Shown here: one piece after another, positions 37,598 through 50,952 of the stretch
How the letters are laid out: every line of letters begins with the position of its first letter
Numbering within the stretch: position 1 is the stretch's first letter
Assembly (NCBI RefSeq): GCF_030144855.1
Contig: NC_082716.1
Span: forward strand, 74,834,001-74,898,000
Source of the DNA: Hypanus sabinus
Taxonomy: Eukaryota
Direction of reading: 5' to 3'
DNA: 64,000 bases
Made by a program: the position numbers and the translations under genes
Notes under the pieces: model-generated
The model's input: the letters and a program-made list of their open reading frames with translations, nothing else
Database searches by the model: none
Told to the model about the DNA's origin: nothing

Positions 37598-38950
37598 AGA
37601 GAGTCTTACTTCAGTGGTTGGTAAGTCGATGGAGAAGATCCTGTGAGGCAGGATTCATGAACATTTAGAGAGGCATAATATGATTAGGAATAGTCAGCAT
37701 GGCTTTGTCAAAGGCAGGTTGTGGCTTACAAGCCTGATTGAATTTTTTTGAGGACGTGACTAAAGACATTGATGAGGGTAGAGCAGTAGATCTAGTGTAT
37801 ATGGATTTCAGCAAGACATTTGATAAGGTACTCCATGCAAGGCTTATTGAGAAAGTAAAGAGGCATGGGATCCAAGGGGATCTTGTATTATTGATCCAGA
37901 ATTGGCTTGCCCACAGAAGGCAAAGAGTGGTTGTAGATGAGTCATAGTCTGCATGGAGGTTGGTGACCAGTGGTGTGCCTCAGGGATCTGTTCTGGGATC
38001 CCCTTCTCTTTGTGGTTTTTATAAATGACCTAGATGAGGAAGTGGAGGGATGGGTTAGTACATTTGCCAATCACTCAAAGGTTGGAGGTGTTGTGGATAG
38101 TGTGGAGGGCTGTCAGAGGTTACAGCGGGACATTGATAGGATGCAAAAATGGACTGAGAAGTGGCAGATGTAGTTCAACCCAGTTAAGTGTGAGATGGTT
38201 CATTTTGGTAGGTCAAATAAGATAACAGAATATAGTATTAATGGTAAGACTCTTGGCAGTGTGGGGATTCAGAGAGGGATCTTGGGGTCCGAGTCCATAG
38301 ACACTCAAAGTTGTTGTGCAGGTTGACTGTGTGGTTAAGAAAGCATACGGTGCATTGGCCTTTATTAACCATAGGATCAAGTTTAAGAGCCGAGAGGTAA
38401 TGTTACAGCTGTATAGGACCCTGGGCAGACCCCACTTGGAGTACTGTGCTCAGTTCTGGTCACCTCACTACAGGAAGGATGTGGAAACTATAGAAAGGGT
38501 GCAGAGCAGATTTACAAGGATGTTGCCTGGATTGGGGAGCATGCCTTATGAGAATAGGTTGAGTGAACTTGGCCTTTTCTCCTTGGAGTGACAGAGGGTG
38601 AGAGGTGAACTGATAGAGGTATATAAGACAATGAGAGGTATTGATTGTGCAGATAGTCAGAGGCTTTCTCCCCAGGGCTGAAATGGCTAGCACAAGAGGG
38701 CACAGTTTTAAAGTGCTTAGGAGTAGGTACAGAGGAGATATCAGGGGTGTTTTTTTTATGCAAAAAGTGGTGAGTGTGTGGAATGGGCTGCCGGCGGCAG
38801 AGGCTTTTACGGGACTCTTGGATAGGTACATGGAGCTTAGAAAAATAGAGGGCTATGGGTAACCCTAGGTAATTTCTAAAGTAAGCACATGTTCGGCACT
38901 GCATTGTAGGCTGAAGGGCCAGTATTGTACTGTAGGTTTTCTATGTTTCC
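37598..38950 (+). mobile_element. CR1 LINE 3' part (young)
   Basis: YMDFSKTFDKV, FINDLDEEVEG and RPHLEYCAQFWSPHY motifs; tail gggccagtattgtactgtaggttttctatg. Confidence 0.9.
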
Positions 38951-41393
38951 CCAACTCATCCATGACCATCTACTTCATCCATACCCCTCATGATTTTAAA
39001 AGCTTCTGTTGAGGTAACCTTGCATTCTCCTATGCTCCAAGGAATAAAGATCGAGTGTGGACAATCTTGCCCTATAACCAGGGCCTCACAGGTCTCAGAT
39101 TTCATCTATGCACATTAAGATAGCTTTTCTCTTTCCACAAATGGTACCTGATCTGTGGAGTATTTTGAGGGTCATCTTATTTCATATTTGTAGCAATTGT
39201 TTATTCTGCACCCAAAAGTCATTGTTGTCTTCTCCCCCTCCCTCTAAATGATTTCTATATCATCTCTTACTTACACTTCTCCATTCAGATCCCTCTTTTA
39301 GGTGGCACTGAAAGCAACTATGTTATCAAGAGAATCTTGTTCTTCAGACCATCAAATCCCATTCTTTTCCCCTCTCTGCAACATAAAATACACTCATTCT
39401 CTCACTTTTCAATTTCTTATAAACAAACATTGACCTGAAGCATTAATTCTATATCTCCCTCCATATGTACAAATGGTCTTTCATTGACCCTGTTATGGTT
39501 GTTTATTGAGTATGCCCAAAAGAAAATTAATCTCAGGGTTGTACATAAAGACCTCTATGTACTTGAATAATAAATTACTTCGAACTTTATTCTTCCTGAC
39601 CCACTTACTATTCCCACTGTTTTCTGATTTCATTTTAATTCTTAAGGAACAGTGAATAGTAAGTGATTACCTTGCTGGTTTTATGGATGAAACAATTAAC
39701 TAACATGGTATGGAGTTATATAGATCAGATTAAATATATCCATGTTTGATATGGATTTGGGTAATATTCTGACAGCTGCTCATATTGCTGCAGGCTTGTG
39801 GATGCCAAACAAATGTGAAGTTAATCTCAGTTGTGTTGCTTGTTGGGGCCATGTCAATTTGCAGACATTCACTCTGTATGTTCAGGTATAAAGACCTTCC
39901 AAAGTTAACAAGAGAGATGACAGGGCAACCAAAATGTATTCTAAGTGGAGTCACTGCCCTCAGGGAGGGATTGTGGGAAGAGGGGAAAAAAACTCAAAAA
40001 GCATTAAAAAAACATAACAATAGTATACAAAGAGATATAGTACCAGTTTCCCTTGAAGAAAAATAATGTTATTTAAATTTTAATTTTCCTCATGGCTACA
40101 ACAGGGGGAATTATAAAAATTATATTAAGTTTCCCCAGGTTAAGGAATGTAAACGAAATAAATGAACACTTTTTTTTTTTAAAAACAGTTTTTACTCTTG
40201 ATTCCAGCTTGAGATCTTTGCTGATGTTATATTAATAAGATCAAGTTTATGTGCATTTATCCCATAGCTGACTCCTTTGATTAGTGCCTTACTGAATCAA
40301 TGAAAAATAACCTTTTGCTGGAATATTTGAGTATTGACTGCACTAGTATAGAGCATCTAAAATTATTCAATATCTTCAACAGGCAAAAAGCACTTTTATT
40401 AAAACATAAATTCTATTTTAATTGAGCACTGAAATACAAGTAATGGTATTCAAGATCAAGGTTGACGAAGAACAAAAACAGATTCCCACTGTAGAAACAT
40501 CCAAAGCTGCTGGCAAATGCCAATTTTAGTCAATGTCACAAAAAGATATAGGATATGAAAATCTCATATACATTATGAAAATTTGAAGACATATTGAGGA
40601 AATATTGTTGTGATGTGCCAAGAAGACATTACTTTAATGTTGCTGATCAGAGACATATTCCCAATGGCCAAAAATAATATCCTCACTTCAACAGACAAAA
40701 GTTCATGAAAAAAAAAATCAAATGTATAGTTAAAAAACTACATATATGCTGCAAAGTCTAAAATTAGATGGTTGATTTATTAAAAACATGTTAATAATCC
40801 ACTTAATGGTGTAACCAGATGTCAAATTATATTTTTTCCAAGCCATCATTGACAGGATCAGAAGAATAAAAATAATTTGCATTTGTCCGGCAATATTACC
40901 TGACGTTGGGTACTCTCTATCCAAACTCTATTTTGAACCTAGTTACCGTTAGAATCTAGGTAAAATGGCAAGCAACTCATCTACAAACAAATAGGATCCA
41001 CAAAAACAATGAGATGATGGCCAAATGATCTGTTTCAGTTCTGATCATTTGTTGAAATAAAAAACCTTGGTTACAATTTTGAATATCACATAAACCAACT
41101 GGTTTAACAATGCCAACCCAAAAAATATTTTTCAAGTGTACATTTGAATACATGTATATAACAGCAATGCAATGTAATGTAATACCCACGTACATCCCAC
41201 AAAATAAGAATATTCCCAGTACATGCAGTATCAGCTGTAAAATACAAAAATGCATGCATTTCCATACACCAAAATGGCTTAATCACAGGAAAATATCACA
41301 GAGTAACTTGCTTTTATGTAGAAATTCTTTTTCTCAGATCTGATTGGAGACAGATTGGTTAGATCAGTAAGATTTTGAAAAATAGGACCATAC

Positions 41394-41540
41394 CTTCTTT
41401 AACACAGTCTCATCGTTCAACCTTTCACACAACATAGTAACTTCTTCACTTCCAGGCTTAAGAATGGAATCTGTCGTCATCTTCCCCAAATTTTTAAGAA
41501 TTACAATAATAGGCATATCCTTCAGTAATGCCTTCCACAC
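41394..41540 (-). CDS. RO60: RO60 exon 4
   Basis: 147 nt; VWKALLKDMPIIVILKNLGKMTTDSILKPGSEEVTMLCERLNDETVLKK. Confidence 0.96.
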
Positions 41541-42308
41541 CTAAGATATTAAAGCAAAATATTGTTCTGCTACAAAAATATACAAATTGATTTGAATACA
41601 ACAGATACTGCAATTGCATCTATAGTTAAACACTTTACATTTAAATATACAATATTCAGTGGTACCATTCCAGCTATGGGAAATGGAGAGTCAAAGAGGA
41701 GAGAAAATATGGATGAATTTGCTCAGTAAATTTTAGTCATTACACTTTGTTCTAAATTCATTCAAAACAAATCATAAAAACACAGAAGGCTGTACAGATT
41801 TTATCTGGACAACAGTTCGCAACCAAGTTGGCAAATGCAGGTTTGACACTGGTGCTGGAAGCAATTTGTGATATTATATTTATCATAATACACAAATCAG
41901 AATTTTATCTACATAACCTTATGGAGTACTGAAACGACTTACAGTATTCATATATTTGTAAACTTTAAAAGGCATGTAAATTTAAGTGCAAGTAATTACA
42001 AGTAAATTAATTCATAATTGACTGATAGTCAAACTCTGCATTTACCAACTGGCCAGCATTAATTCTGCTACTGCTCAAGTATCATAACGAATTAAGAGAA
42101 AGCCAGTGAAAATGCATCCCTGAATTACATGTAAGCAAATAATTCAATGGAAAGACAATACAACTTGGAAAGGAAATAGTTCCTTACTTGATTTACATAT
42201 ACTCTACAACTACCATTAAAGATGTTACACAAATATCAGCTACATTAAAAAAAACTAAATTTGGGCTTTATTTTCATTCCCCAAAGAAAAAAACATTTAC
42301 TTACTCAC

Positions 42309-42529
42309 CTCCCGTGACTTCAGGTGATTAGACTGTAGGTGCTCTCTGACCAATCTGTACTCTTCAATAAGATGAGCAACCTCCTGTTCATCTTGGGTCA
42401 TCTTTACCCTTTCTAAAGCTTCAAAGTACTTCAACAATCGCTGAATTCCATCTGAGTTTTCCTTATCCTTGTACGCTTCTTCAACTTCTTTCCAACCCTT
42501 CATAACATACTTTGTGACCAGAGTGAGAT
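42309..42529 (-). CDS. RO60: RO60 exon 3
   Basis: 221 nt; [16 protein letters not shown]...[15 protein letters not shown]; AG acceptor and GTGAGT donor. Confidence 0.96.
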
Positions 42530-45039
42530 CTATAAAATATAGCAAATTGATTTAAAATGCCATTCTCCAGCTTCACTTGGAACATTTTTATGTGTTCTCT
42601 ATTTAATATGCAGTGAATCTATACCCACTATACATAATTCATTGTAAATCAAAGCTGCTCTATATTCAAGTTAAAATTTCACCCAAAAAATTAACTCAAT
42701 TTAGCCTCGTGTGTTTAATTTGCCTACATTTTGCTGAAATATCCAATTTTACTTTCACTTTGTTCATTGCATTTCAACTACATCTTTAAAGTGGCTAACA
42801 TTGCAAATTGAATTGTACATTTAAATAGGGTACATACCCGTTATTTTTTGAAACATGGACATAGCCTCAATAACCAAGGACAGAAGACAAATTATCGAGG
42901 ATAGTCAGTCAACTACATAACTCTTCAGTCATGATCTACTTTTTGATTCCACCCTACGGCAAACTATCCAATGTTGCCTCGAAGTAAAAGTAATCAAAAA
43001 GGCTAATTTCCAAATGGAAAATAACAAGGCTTTGGAAGCAGATGACATATCCTCTGAAGAGGGACGATTAATAGCAGGCACTTCAATGTACTGAACACAA
43101 CTAAAACTCTCTCCAAAAATTCTCCAAATAAACTAGCAAGATAAGCAAACCAATATCAGCATTGAGGAACTAATGGAATCCGTGGTTATGATCAATCAAA
43201 ATGGAGAAGGAGCATTTGGGATCTTCTGTAAACTAGAAGTCCCTTTGTCTAGAGCACAGGGCAGTACTACACAATCAGAACCTCCCATTTCCATTACCAC
43301 CATTACCCATTCTCCCACCTCAATATGCATCCATTACCCCACTGAGATCTTCACCTCAGAACCCAAACAAAAGTGGAAGGAGGTTCCCAGAGAAATGCCT
43401 TGGAAAAGAACAGAAGATTCACTACTCCAAATTAAGGAGACAGCTCTTACGATTATCGATATTTACTATCAATTAAATATAATTTAACTACAAATGTTAT
43501 TGGTTAAATTTTCAATAGACATATATATTACAGGCTTCCTACCAAATCTATCCAATAAAACCCACATCTTTCTTCTCAGTCAAATTAGGTGATCTTGACC
43601 AGAGATCTTCACAAGAGTACAAAGAATACCAAAGCAATTTCAGTATATAGTGTCACCACATTTTATCTCTTAGCAGCAAACCAGTCATAGCCAAGTGAAA
43701 TAACAGTAGAGATTCAAAATCCCACACAATCAGTGAAGCTAAGCAAGGGAAGTTTAAATTATATTTTTATCAAGTTGCAATCAGAAGTTAAAACTGAAAA
43801 GTCTACGTGGCAAAAACTGGGTGAAATTTCCTCCATGTTATGAATGCCTCCTGGGATTTACCAGTGCCAAGTTCCTGTGGATTGCCAGCCTTATCCTCAG
43901 TGGCAAGGACTTGAGGAAAGATGAACTGTGTGCAATGACAGCCAAGAAAAGCAGACAACTATCCACACCCTGACTCAGCTGACTGAAATCTGTCAAAAAC
44001 TGAATATGCTGATCCTACTTGACCACTGGTTTCTATGAGATGAAATAACAGGGTGCAGTTGGGAAAAAGCTTCCAAAGAATAGTCAGCAAATTCAAGACA
44101 AATGCATTTATTATGCACATGTACCTGGGAAAATCAAACTAAGCAGCTATTTCATCAGGCATTGATGATAGTTATGCTGGCATTTCACTGCAAATGCCAA
44201 ATAAATATTAAAATGGGAGTGAGTTTAAAAGAATGAGGCCTCATCTTCTGGCGATGAATTCAAACGGCTTAACCATTTCAAACACGAGTATGCAAATACA
44301 GACCTCATCTTACTTTAGTAACTACTACTGACTAGCTGTTTAGTTGCAAGCAATCCTGACTTTTTAAAATCACTCTGAATTGCACAATCAAAATTAACAA
44401 TTTTATTAAGAAAGGTTATTGCTTTTCCCATGGTCACCTGTTTGTGTCATCACTGCAGCATATCAGCAATTTATGAAAAATGTCATTAAAGGTCCAATAG
44501 CAAAATCAAACTTTAAGGTTGCAGTTTATGTTTTGTTAATTTTACATTAACATATGTACACTCACAAATTGCAAACCAAACATTCTTGGGAAAAAAAAAG
44601 TGGTAAGGAACTATCAACCCTCTCAGCTCAACAACCCCGATTGCTTTTACTGGGCCAAACTTCAGAATATAATTCATAACAGCGTTAAGCTGACTTTTCC
44701 TGAAATTGGAAGGATAACGATCTTAAAAATACCAGTTACAGAATAAAAGGAAAATAACTTCAAGACATTTAAACTTCTTAAAAATTGTATTATGAAAAAC
44801 AGCAAGAAACAAAGAATAGAAAATGTTACAAACGAGATCAATTGACAAAAAAAATCTGCCATAAACATAGAAATGAGGGAAAATACCTGAAACTGACACA
44901 TTGATAGGATAAAGAAGATTGCCAGGTTTCAAAAGCAAGTTTTGCTTCAAGAAACAATGTTTAAAGGGCAACACTTTAAAACAGTTTTAAGGAGAAAAGA
45001 GGGTAGAATGTCAGATGGCTTAGAGATTAGGAGAATGAA

Positions 45040-45840
45040 CAAAGAAATGGCAGATGGAATATAGTATTGGGAAGTGTATGGTCATGCACTTTGGTAAAAG
45101 AAAGGGTTGACTATTTTCTAAACAGAGTGAAAACACAAAGAACTGAAGCACAAAGGTTCTTGGGAGTCCTTGAGCAGGACTCCCTAAAGGTTAATTTACA
45201 AGCTGCATCTATGGTGAGAAAGGCAAATACAACGTTAGTATTAATTTCAAGAGGATTAGAATTTAAAAGCAAAGACATAATGTTCACACTTTATAAAGCA
45301 CTTGTGAGGCCTCATTTGCAGTATTGTGAGCTGTTTTGGCCACTTAGAAAGAATGTGCTGAAACTGGAGAGGATTCAAAGGAGGTTCAAGAAAAATATTC
45401 CAGGATTGAATGATGTCATATGAAGAGTGTTTGATAGCTCTGGGCCTGTATTCACTGGAATTTAGAAGATTGAGGGCTGACCTCATTGAAACCTATCGAA
45501 TGGTGAAAGACCTTGATGGAGTGGATGTGGAGAGGATGGTGTGAGAATCAAAGACCAGAGGAGTTAGCCTCAGAATAGAGGGGTATCCTTTTAGAACAGA
45601 GATGAGGATAAATTTCTTTAGCCACAGTAGCAAATCTGTGAATTCTTTGTCACAGGCAGCTGTGGAGGCCAAGTCTTTCTGTATATTTAAGGCAGAAGTT
45701 GATAGATTCTTAATTGGTCAAGGCACGAAGGGATACAGGGAGAAGGCAGAAGATTGGGGCTGAGAGTTAAACTGAATCAGCCATGATTAAATGGCAGAGC
45801 AGATTCGATGTGCCAAATGGCCTATTTCTGCTCCTACATG
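45040..45840 (+). mobile_element. CR1 LINE 3' fragment
   Basis: LYKALVRPHLQYC motif; tail atggcctatttctgctcc. Confidence 0.8.
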
Positions 45841-46164
45841 TGTGCTTGTTAATCACAGAGCACAGGATATCAGCAGCTGAAGGTCTGGCCACTTGTTACA
45901 GAACAATTAAATTCAAGGCTACTCAAGAAGCTAGTTTTGAAATACAGATAGCTGGGAGAGTAATGGGCATAGAATGGATTACAGATATTAGAAGGGAAGG
46001 GTCCTTTCAAAAATTTACAATCAGAGGTAAAATTGTTGTCCAAGACTTAATAAAACTTGGCAAATACAGTCTTATGAGTTGGGTACATGCAGCAAATTAG
46101 AATACTACTTAAAAACGTTGTTATCCAAGTTCATAGAAGAAAAATGGAGTGTCTGACAGGAATA

Positions 46165-46408
46165 ATTCCACCATGAAATGTCCAAGCCTGGCTCTGAAAG
46201 AAGCAGGGTTGGGCATGTGGCCAGCAACCCCAAAGCACAAAATCCCAGAGCTACAGAAATGTCAACAGAAGATCCAAGGCTCTCATCCCTGGGAGAGTCA
46301 GGATATTCGAAGATGGGCTACATCTGGCAACAACATGAAGACTAGCCCAGGACAGATGACTCTGGAAGACTGCTGCAGGCAGCCGATGCCCTACTGGGGG
46401 CTTTAGAA
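46165..46408 (+). mobile_element. Short RTE-related retroposon with 14-bp TSD
   Basis: GTCTGACAGGAATA at 46151-46164 and 46409-46422. Confidence 0.7.
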
Positions 46409-46999
46409 GTCTGACAGGAATATGGTGGAATTAATAAGTCTATTAAGTAACAAAAGGCAGGAGTGAGGGATTCAACAGCAGATGGACTGAGGCAGAAAAG
46501 GAGTTATTGAAATTAGAAAGATTGACACATATGGTCCTTGCTATTGCTTTAGCACAAGATCCAAAGAGACACCAAGGTTAACAGCGTGGCTCATTTTCAG
46601 TCAATACACAGGTAATGTGAGGGAAAGTGGGCAAGAAATAGAATGAGTGACAGGGCTTTAGATGAATCATGTGCTGGGTCAGTCTTTTATGGTGGAAGAA
46701 AGTTTGTCCTTGCCTAATGTTTGGTGTTAATCCGGGAATTTTGATAGTTGAGGTGTCAACAGAGCTGGTTGTGATATAAAGCTAGATGACATCTGTGTAC
46801 ATGTGGAAACTGATGCCATGTCCTCAGATCATACTGCAAAGCATATGGATGAAAAATAGGAAATATTAAGTACAAACTATGCACTATTAAAAAACACAAG
46901 AGTATTGGCTGAAGCATTAAACAATTCTGGTGATTCTTTGAATGTGATTGGATAAACAAGACATCACAGAAGTGTACTTTCATCCAGGCAATTGACACT

Positions 47000-48040
47000 G
47001 GAAACAGGGAAGTTGGGCAAGGTGGATACGGAATTGGGTTGCCTGCAGAAAGCAGAGGGTCGTGGTGGAGGATTGGAGGGTTGTGACTAGTGGTATCTCA
47101 CAAGGATCGGTTCTGGGATCTCTACTTTTCGTGATCTTTATTAATGGCCTGGATGTGGAGGTAGAAGGGTGGGTTGGCAAGTTTGCAGATGACATAAAGG
47201 TTGGTGCTGTTGTGGATAGTGTAGAAAATTGTCAGAAGATTGCAGAGAGACATTGATAGGATACAGAAGTGGGCTGAGAAGTGGCAAATGGAGTTCCAAC
47301 CAGAGAAGTGTGAGGTGGTACACTTCGGAAGGGCAAACCAAGGCAGAGTACAAAGTAAATGGCAGGATACTTGGTAGTGTAGAGGAGCAGAGGGATCTGG
47401 GGGATCATGTCCATAGATCCCTGAAAGTTACCTCACAGGTAGATAAGAAAGCTGATGGGGTGTTGTTAGCTTTCATAACTCAAGGGATAGAGTTTAAGAG
47501 TTATGAGGTAATGATGCAACTCTATAAAACTCTGGTTAGGCCACACTTGGAGCACTGTGTCCAGTTCTAGTCACCTCACTATAGGAAGGATGTGGAAGCA
47601 TTGGAAAGGATACAGAGGAGATTTACCAGGATGTTGCCTGGTTTAGAGAGTATGCATTATGATCAGAGTCTAAGGGAACTGGGGCTTTACTCTTTGGAGA
47701 GAAGGAGGATGATAGAGGTATACAAGATGTTAAGAGGAATAGTTAGAGTGGACAGCCAGCACCTCTTCCCCAGGGCACCACTGCTCAATACAAGAGGACA
47801 TGGCTTTAAGGTAAAGGGAGGGAAGTTCAAGAGGGATATTAGAGGAAGGTTTTTTACTGAGAGTGTGGTTGGTGCGTGGAATGCAATGCCTGAGTCAGTG
47901 GTGGAGGCAGATACACTAGTGAAATTTAAGAGACTACTAGACAGGTATATGGAGGAATTTAAGGTAATGGGAGGCAGGGTTTAAGGGTCGGAACAACATT
48001 GTGGGCCGAAGGGCCTGTACTGTGCTATACTGTTCTATTA
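47000..48040 (+). mobile_element. CR1 LINE 3' part
   Basis: SGISQGSVLG, KFADD and TRGHGFK motifs; tail gaagggcctgtactgtgc. Confidence 0.88.
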
Positions 48041-48049
48041 CAGTTGGAA

Positions 48050-49350
48050 CCAGATCAACTGGAAAAATAGACAAAGGAAATGGTAATGAAATTTCACTTC
48101 CACAAGTGCAAAGTGTTGCATATTGCTAGGAAATTGGTATGTCAGCAAAGATGTACAAGTTTCTACACAAGTACCATAGAGAACATGCTAACTGGTTACA
48201 TCACCGTCTGGTACAGAGCAGCCACTGCACAGGATCAGTAAAAGCTGCAGAGGGTTGCAACCTCAGCCAGCTCAATCATGGACACTCACCTCCCCAACAC
48301 TGAGAACATCTTCAAGAAGTGATGCCTCAAAAAAGGTGGCATCCATTCCTCACCATGGCCCTCCATCACCCAGGATACGTCATCGTCTTATTACTATCAT
48401 CAAAGCGGAGGTACAGGAGCTTGAAGACACACGCTCAACCTTTTATGAATGGCTTCTACCCTCCACCATCAGATTTTTGAATGGACAATTAATCAACCCA
48501 TGAACTCTACATCACTATTTTTGCACAACTTATTTAATTTTTAAAGTATTTCTTATTGTAATTGATAGTTTTTTTAATGCGTTACACCATACTTCTGCTG
48601 CAAAGCGACAAATTTCATTACATATTTTAAAGATATTAAACCTGATTCTGAGCCAGAACTTATAGAGTAAATGGCAGAACCTTGGAGACTGATGTAGAAT
48701 ACAGACACCAAGGGGTTTAGGTACATAGTTCCCTCACAGTGGAAAAATAGGTTGACAGGGTGGTGAAGAAGGTAGACTTGCCTTTACTGGTCAGGTCCTC
48801 GAATACAATAGTTGAAATGTTATGTTACAACTGTACGAGATGTTGGTGAGACAACCGTGTGCAGTTCTGGTCACCTAGCTAAAAGAAGCATAGAGAAGAT
48901 TCTACACAGCTGAAAAGGGTGTAGAAAAGATTCACAAGGATGTTACAGGACCAGAGATTTTAGCTATAAGAAGCTTCAACTTTCTCCCTGGAGAGTAGGT
49001 GGCTGATCAGTGACCTTAAAGTCACAAGGGATATAGATAAGGTGAATGGTCATAGTGTTTTTCATAGGGTGGTTGAGTCTAAAAAGAGAGGCTATAGACT
49101 TAAAAGGATAGGAAAAAGATTTAAAGGGGACCTGAGAGTAGAGTTTTCACTCAGAATGTGGGTACATGGAACAAACTGTCAAATGAAGTTTTAGACATGA
49201 ATAACTATGATGTTTAAAAGACATTTAGACAGGTACATGAATACATTCATGAGATATGGACCAAACACAGGTACATTGGACATTCAGGAAGGCCAATGGG
49301 TCAACATGGATGTGTTGGGCCAAAGGGCCTGCTTCTGTGCTCTATAACTC
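48050..49350 (+). mobile_element. Old CR1 3' end interrupted by a Rex1-like fragment (about 48130-48650)
   Basis: The CR1 tail aagggcctgcttctgtgctctataac ends just before the RO60 exon 2 donor. Confidence 0.65.
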
Positions 49351-49362
49351 TGTTATACTGAC

Positions 49363-49981
49363 CTTCATTAGCTGGTTTCAGATGTGACAACCGAAGTAAA
49401 TCTTTGTGTGACCATCCTGCTCTCCGCTTATATTTTGTAACAGCCATAGCGATAGACATTCCATCTTTACTGTTGTACCAGTTTGCCACTGCTTTCCGCA
49501 GGGCTCTTCCCCAAATACCGCATTTCATTCCTCTAATGAGATCCTTTCTAAATCGAATATATGTGAATAGATGGGTGGGAATGTGACAGATTTCAGCCAG
49601 AGCTTTGTAGGCAGCTTGTTTTGTTGAAATATCTGAGTACTGTGTGCAAAGAGCCAAAGCGAACAAAATAGGATCTTGAGTTGTCACTCTTCCCTCTGTA
49701 CCAAATATCTTTATCTCCTGGACAACTTCAATCCCTTTACCTTCTTCTATCAATCTCAATATGGCCTGAGCATTTTCTTCTCCAAGTTTTTCCACATTGG
49801 TGGTGTATGTCCCACCCTCAGAACCAAAACAGAGAAACCGACGCAAGCGGGTCATATCTGTCACTTGCCACATACTACCACCTTCAGAGTTCTGTAGTTG
49901 CTGGCCAGTTGATGGCTCCACTTGATGCAATTCAGATTCAGATGGCCCTCCAATAGTTTTGAGTCCATCTGTGAAACATTG
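49363..49981 (-). CDS. RO60: RO60 exon 2
   Basis: Acceptor tcttctctattcag; QCFTDG...[22 protein letters not shown]...[25 protein letters not shown]; donor GTCAGT. Confidence 0.95.
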
Positions 49982-50109
49982 CTGAATAGAGAAGATTATT
50001 TCATTAAGATGTACAGAGGTTCAAATTTGCTAGATCATAAACTGATGAATTAACTGAAGTTGTAAATAATAATTTTTGTAAATACTGTATAGGAAGGGTA
50101 ACCAATCTT

Positions 50110-50952
50110 CCCCCGTTCTCCTTATTAAAGTGGATAAGTTTCTCCAAAGGCCTGAAGCGATACACCTCATGAGATGCAAGCAATGAGATTGCTGGGATCG
50201 TGTCCTCTCTAGTCACAGCCTAGGTCCTGGACGGCGAGTAACTAATGTTGTTTCATTATTCAAGCAGGAAAATAGAGATAATCATGGACAAATATAGAAC
50301 AATGAGGCTCATGTCAGTGGTAGGGAAGTTACTAGAGAGGATCCTTTGGGAAAGAATTTAAGAGCATTGGAAAACCATGGACAGTCAGCATGGCTTGTGC
50401 AAGGCAAGTCATGTTTTACTACATTGATTGAGTTTTTCCAAGAAGTGACAAAGGTGATAGATGGAGGCAAAGCTGTGGATGTTGTTGACATGGATTCCAG
50501 TAAGATATTTGATAAGGTCCCACATGGGAGGCTCATGTAGAAGATGCAAGGGATCCATGGAGATTAGCTGTTTGAATTCAGAATTGGCTAGGCCGTAACA
50601 GACAGAGGGCAGTGGTCAAAAGGACTTAATCTAGCTGGAGATTTCTGCCTAGTGGTATTCTGCAAGGATCCATTCTGGGACCCCTGCTGTTAGTGATACA
50701 CACTACATAGATGACGTCAATGACGTCATAGATGGTTGGGTTAATAAATTTGTCAACACTAAGAAAATACGTGGAATTGTGGATAGTATAGAAGACTGCC
50801 AAAGGATGCAGCAAGATATAGATCTTTTTCAGATATGAACAGAGAAATGGCAAATGGGAGTTTAACCTGGTCAAATGCCAAGTGTTGCACTTTGGAGATC
50901 AAATGTAAAGGGACAGTACGCTGTTAATGGCAAGACCCATAACAGTGCTGAT
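50110..50952 (+). mobile_element. CR1 LINE fragment
   Basis: CFTTLIEFFQEVTKVIDGGKAVDVVDMD motif. Confidence 0.8.

Noticed and set aside
42850-43490. 104-aa ORF (43173-43487) as a nested gene in RO60 intron 2
   Set aside because: It has no recognisable domain or splice structure, and adjoins an old RTE-like LINE remnant (MENNKALEADDISSE).
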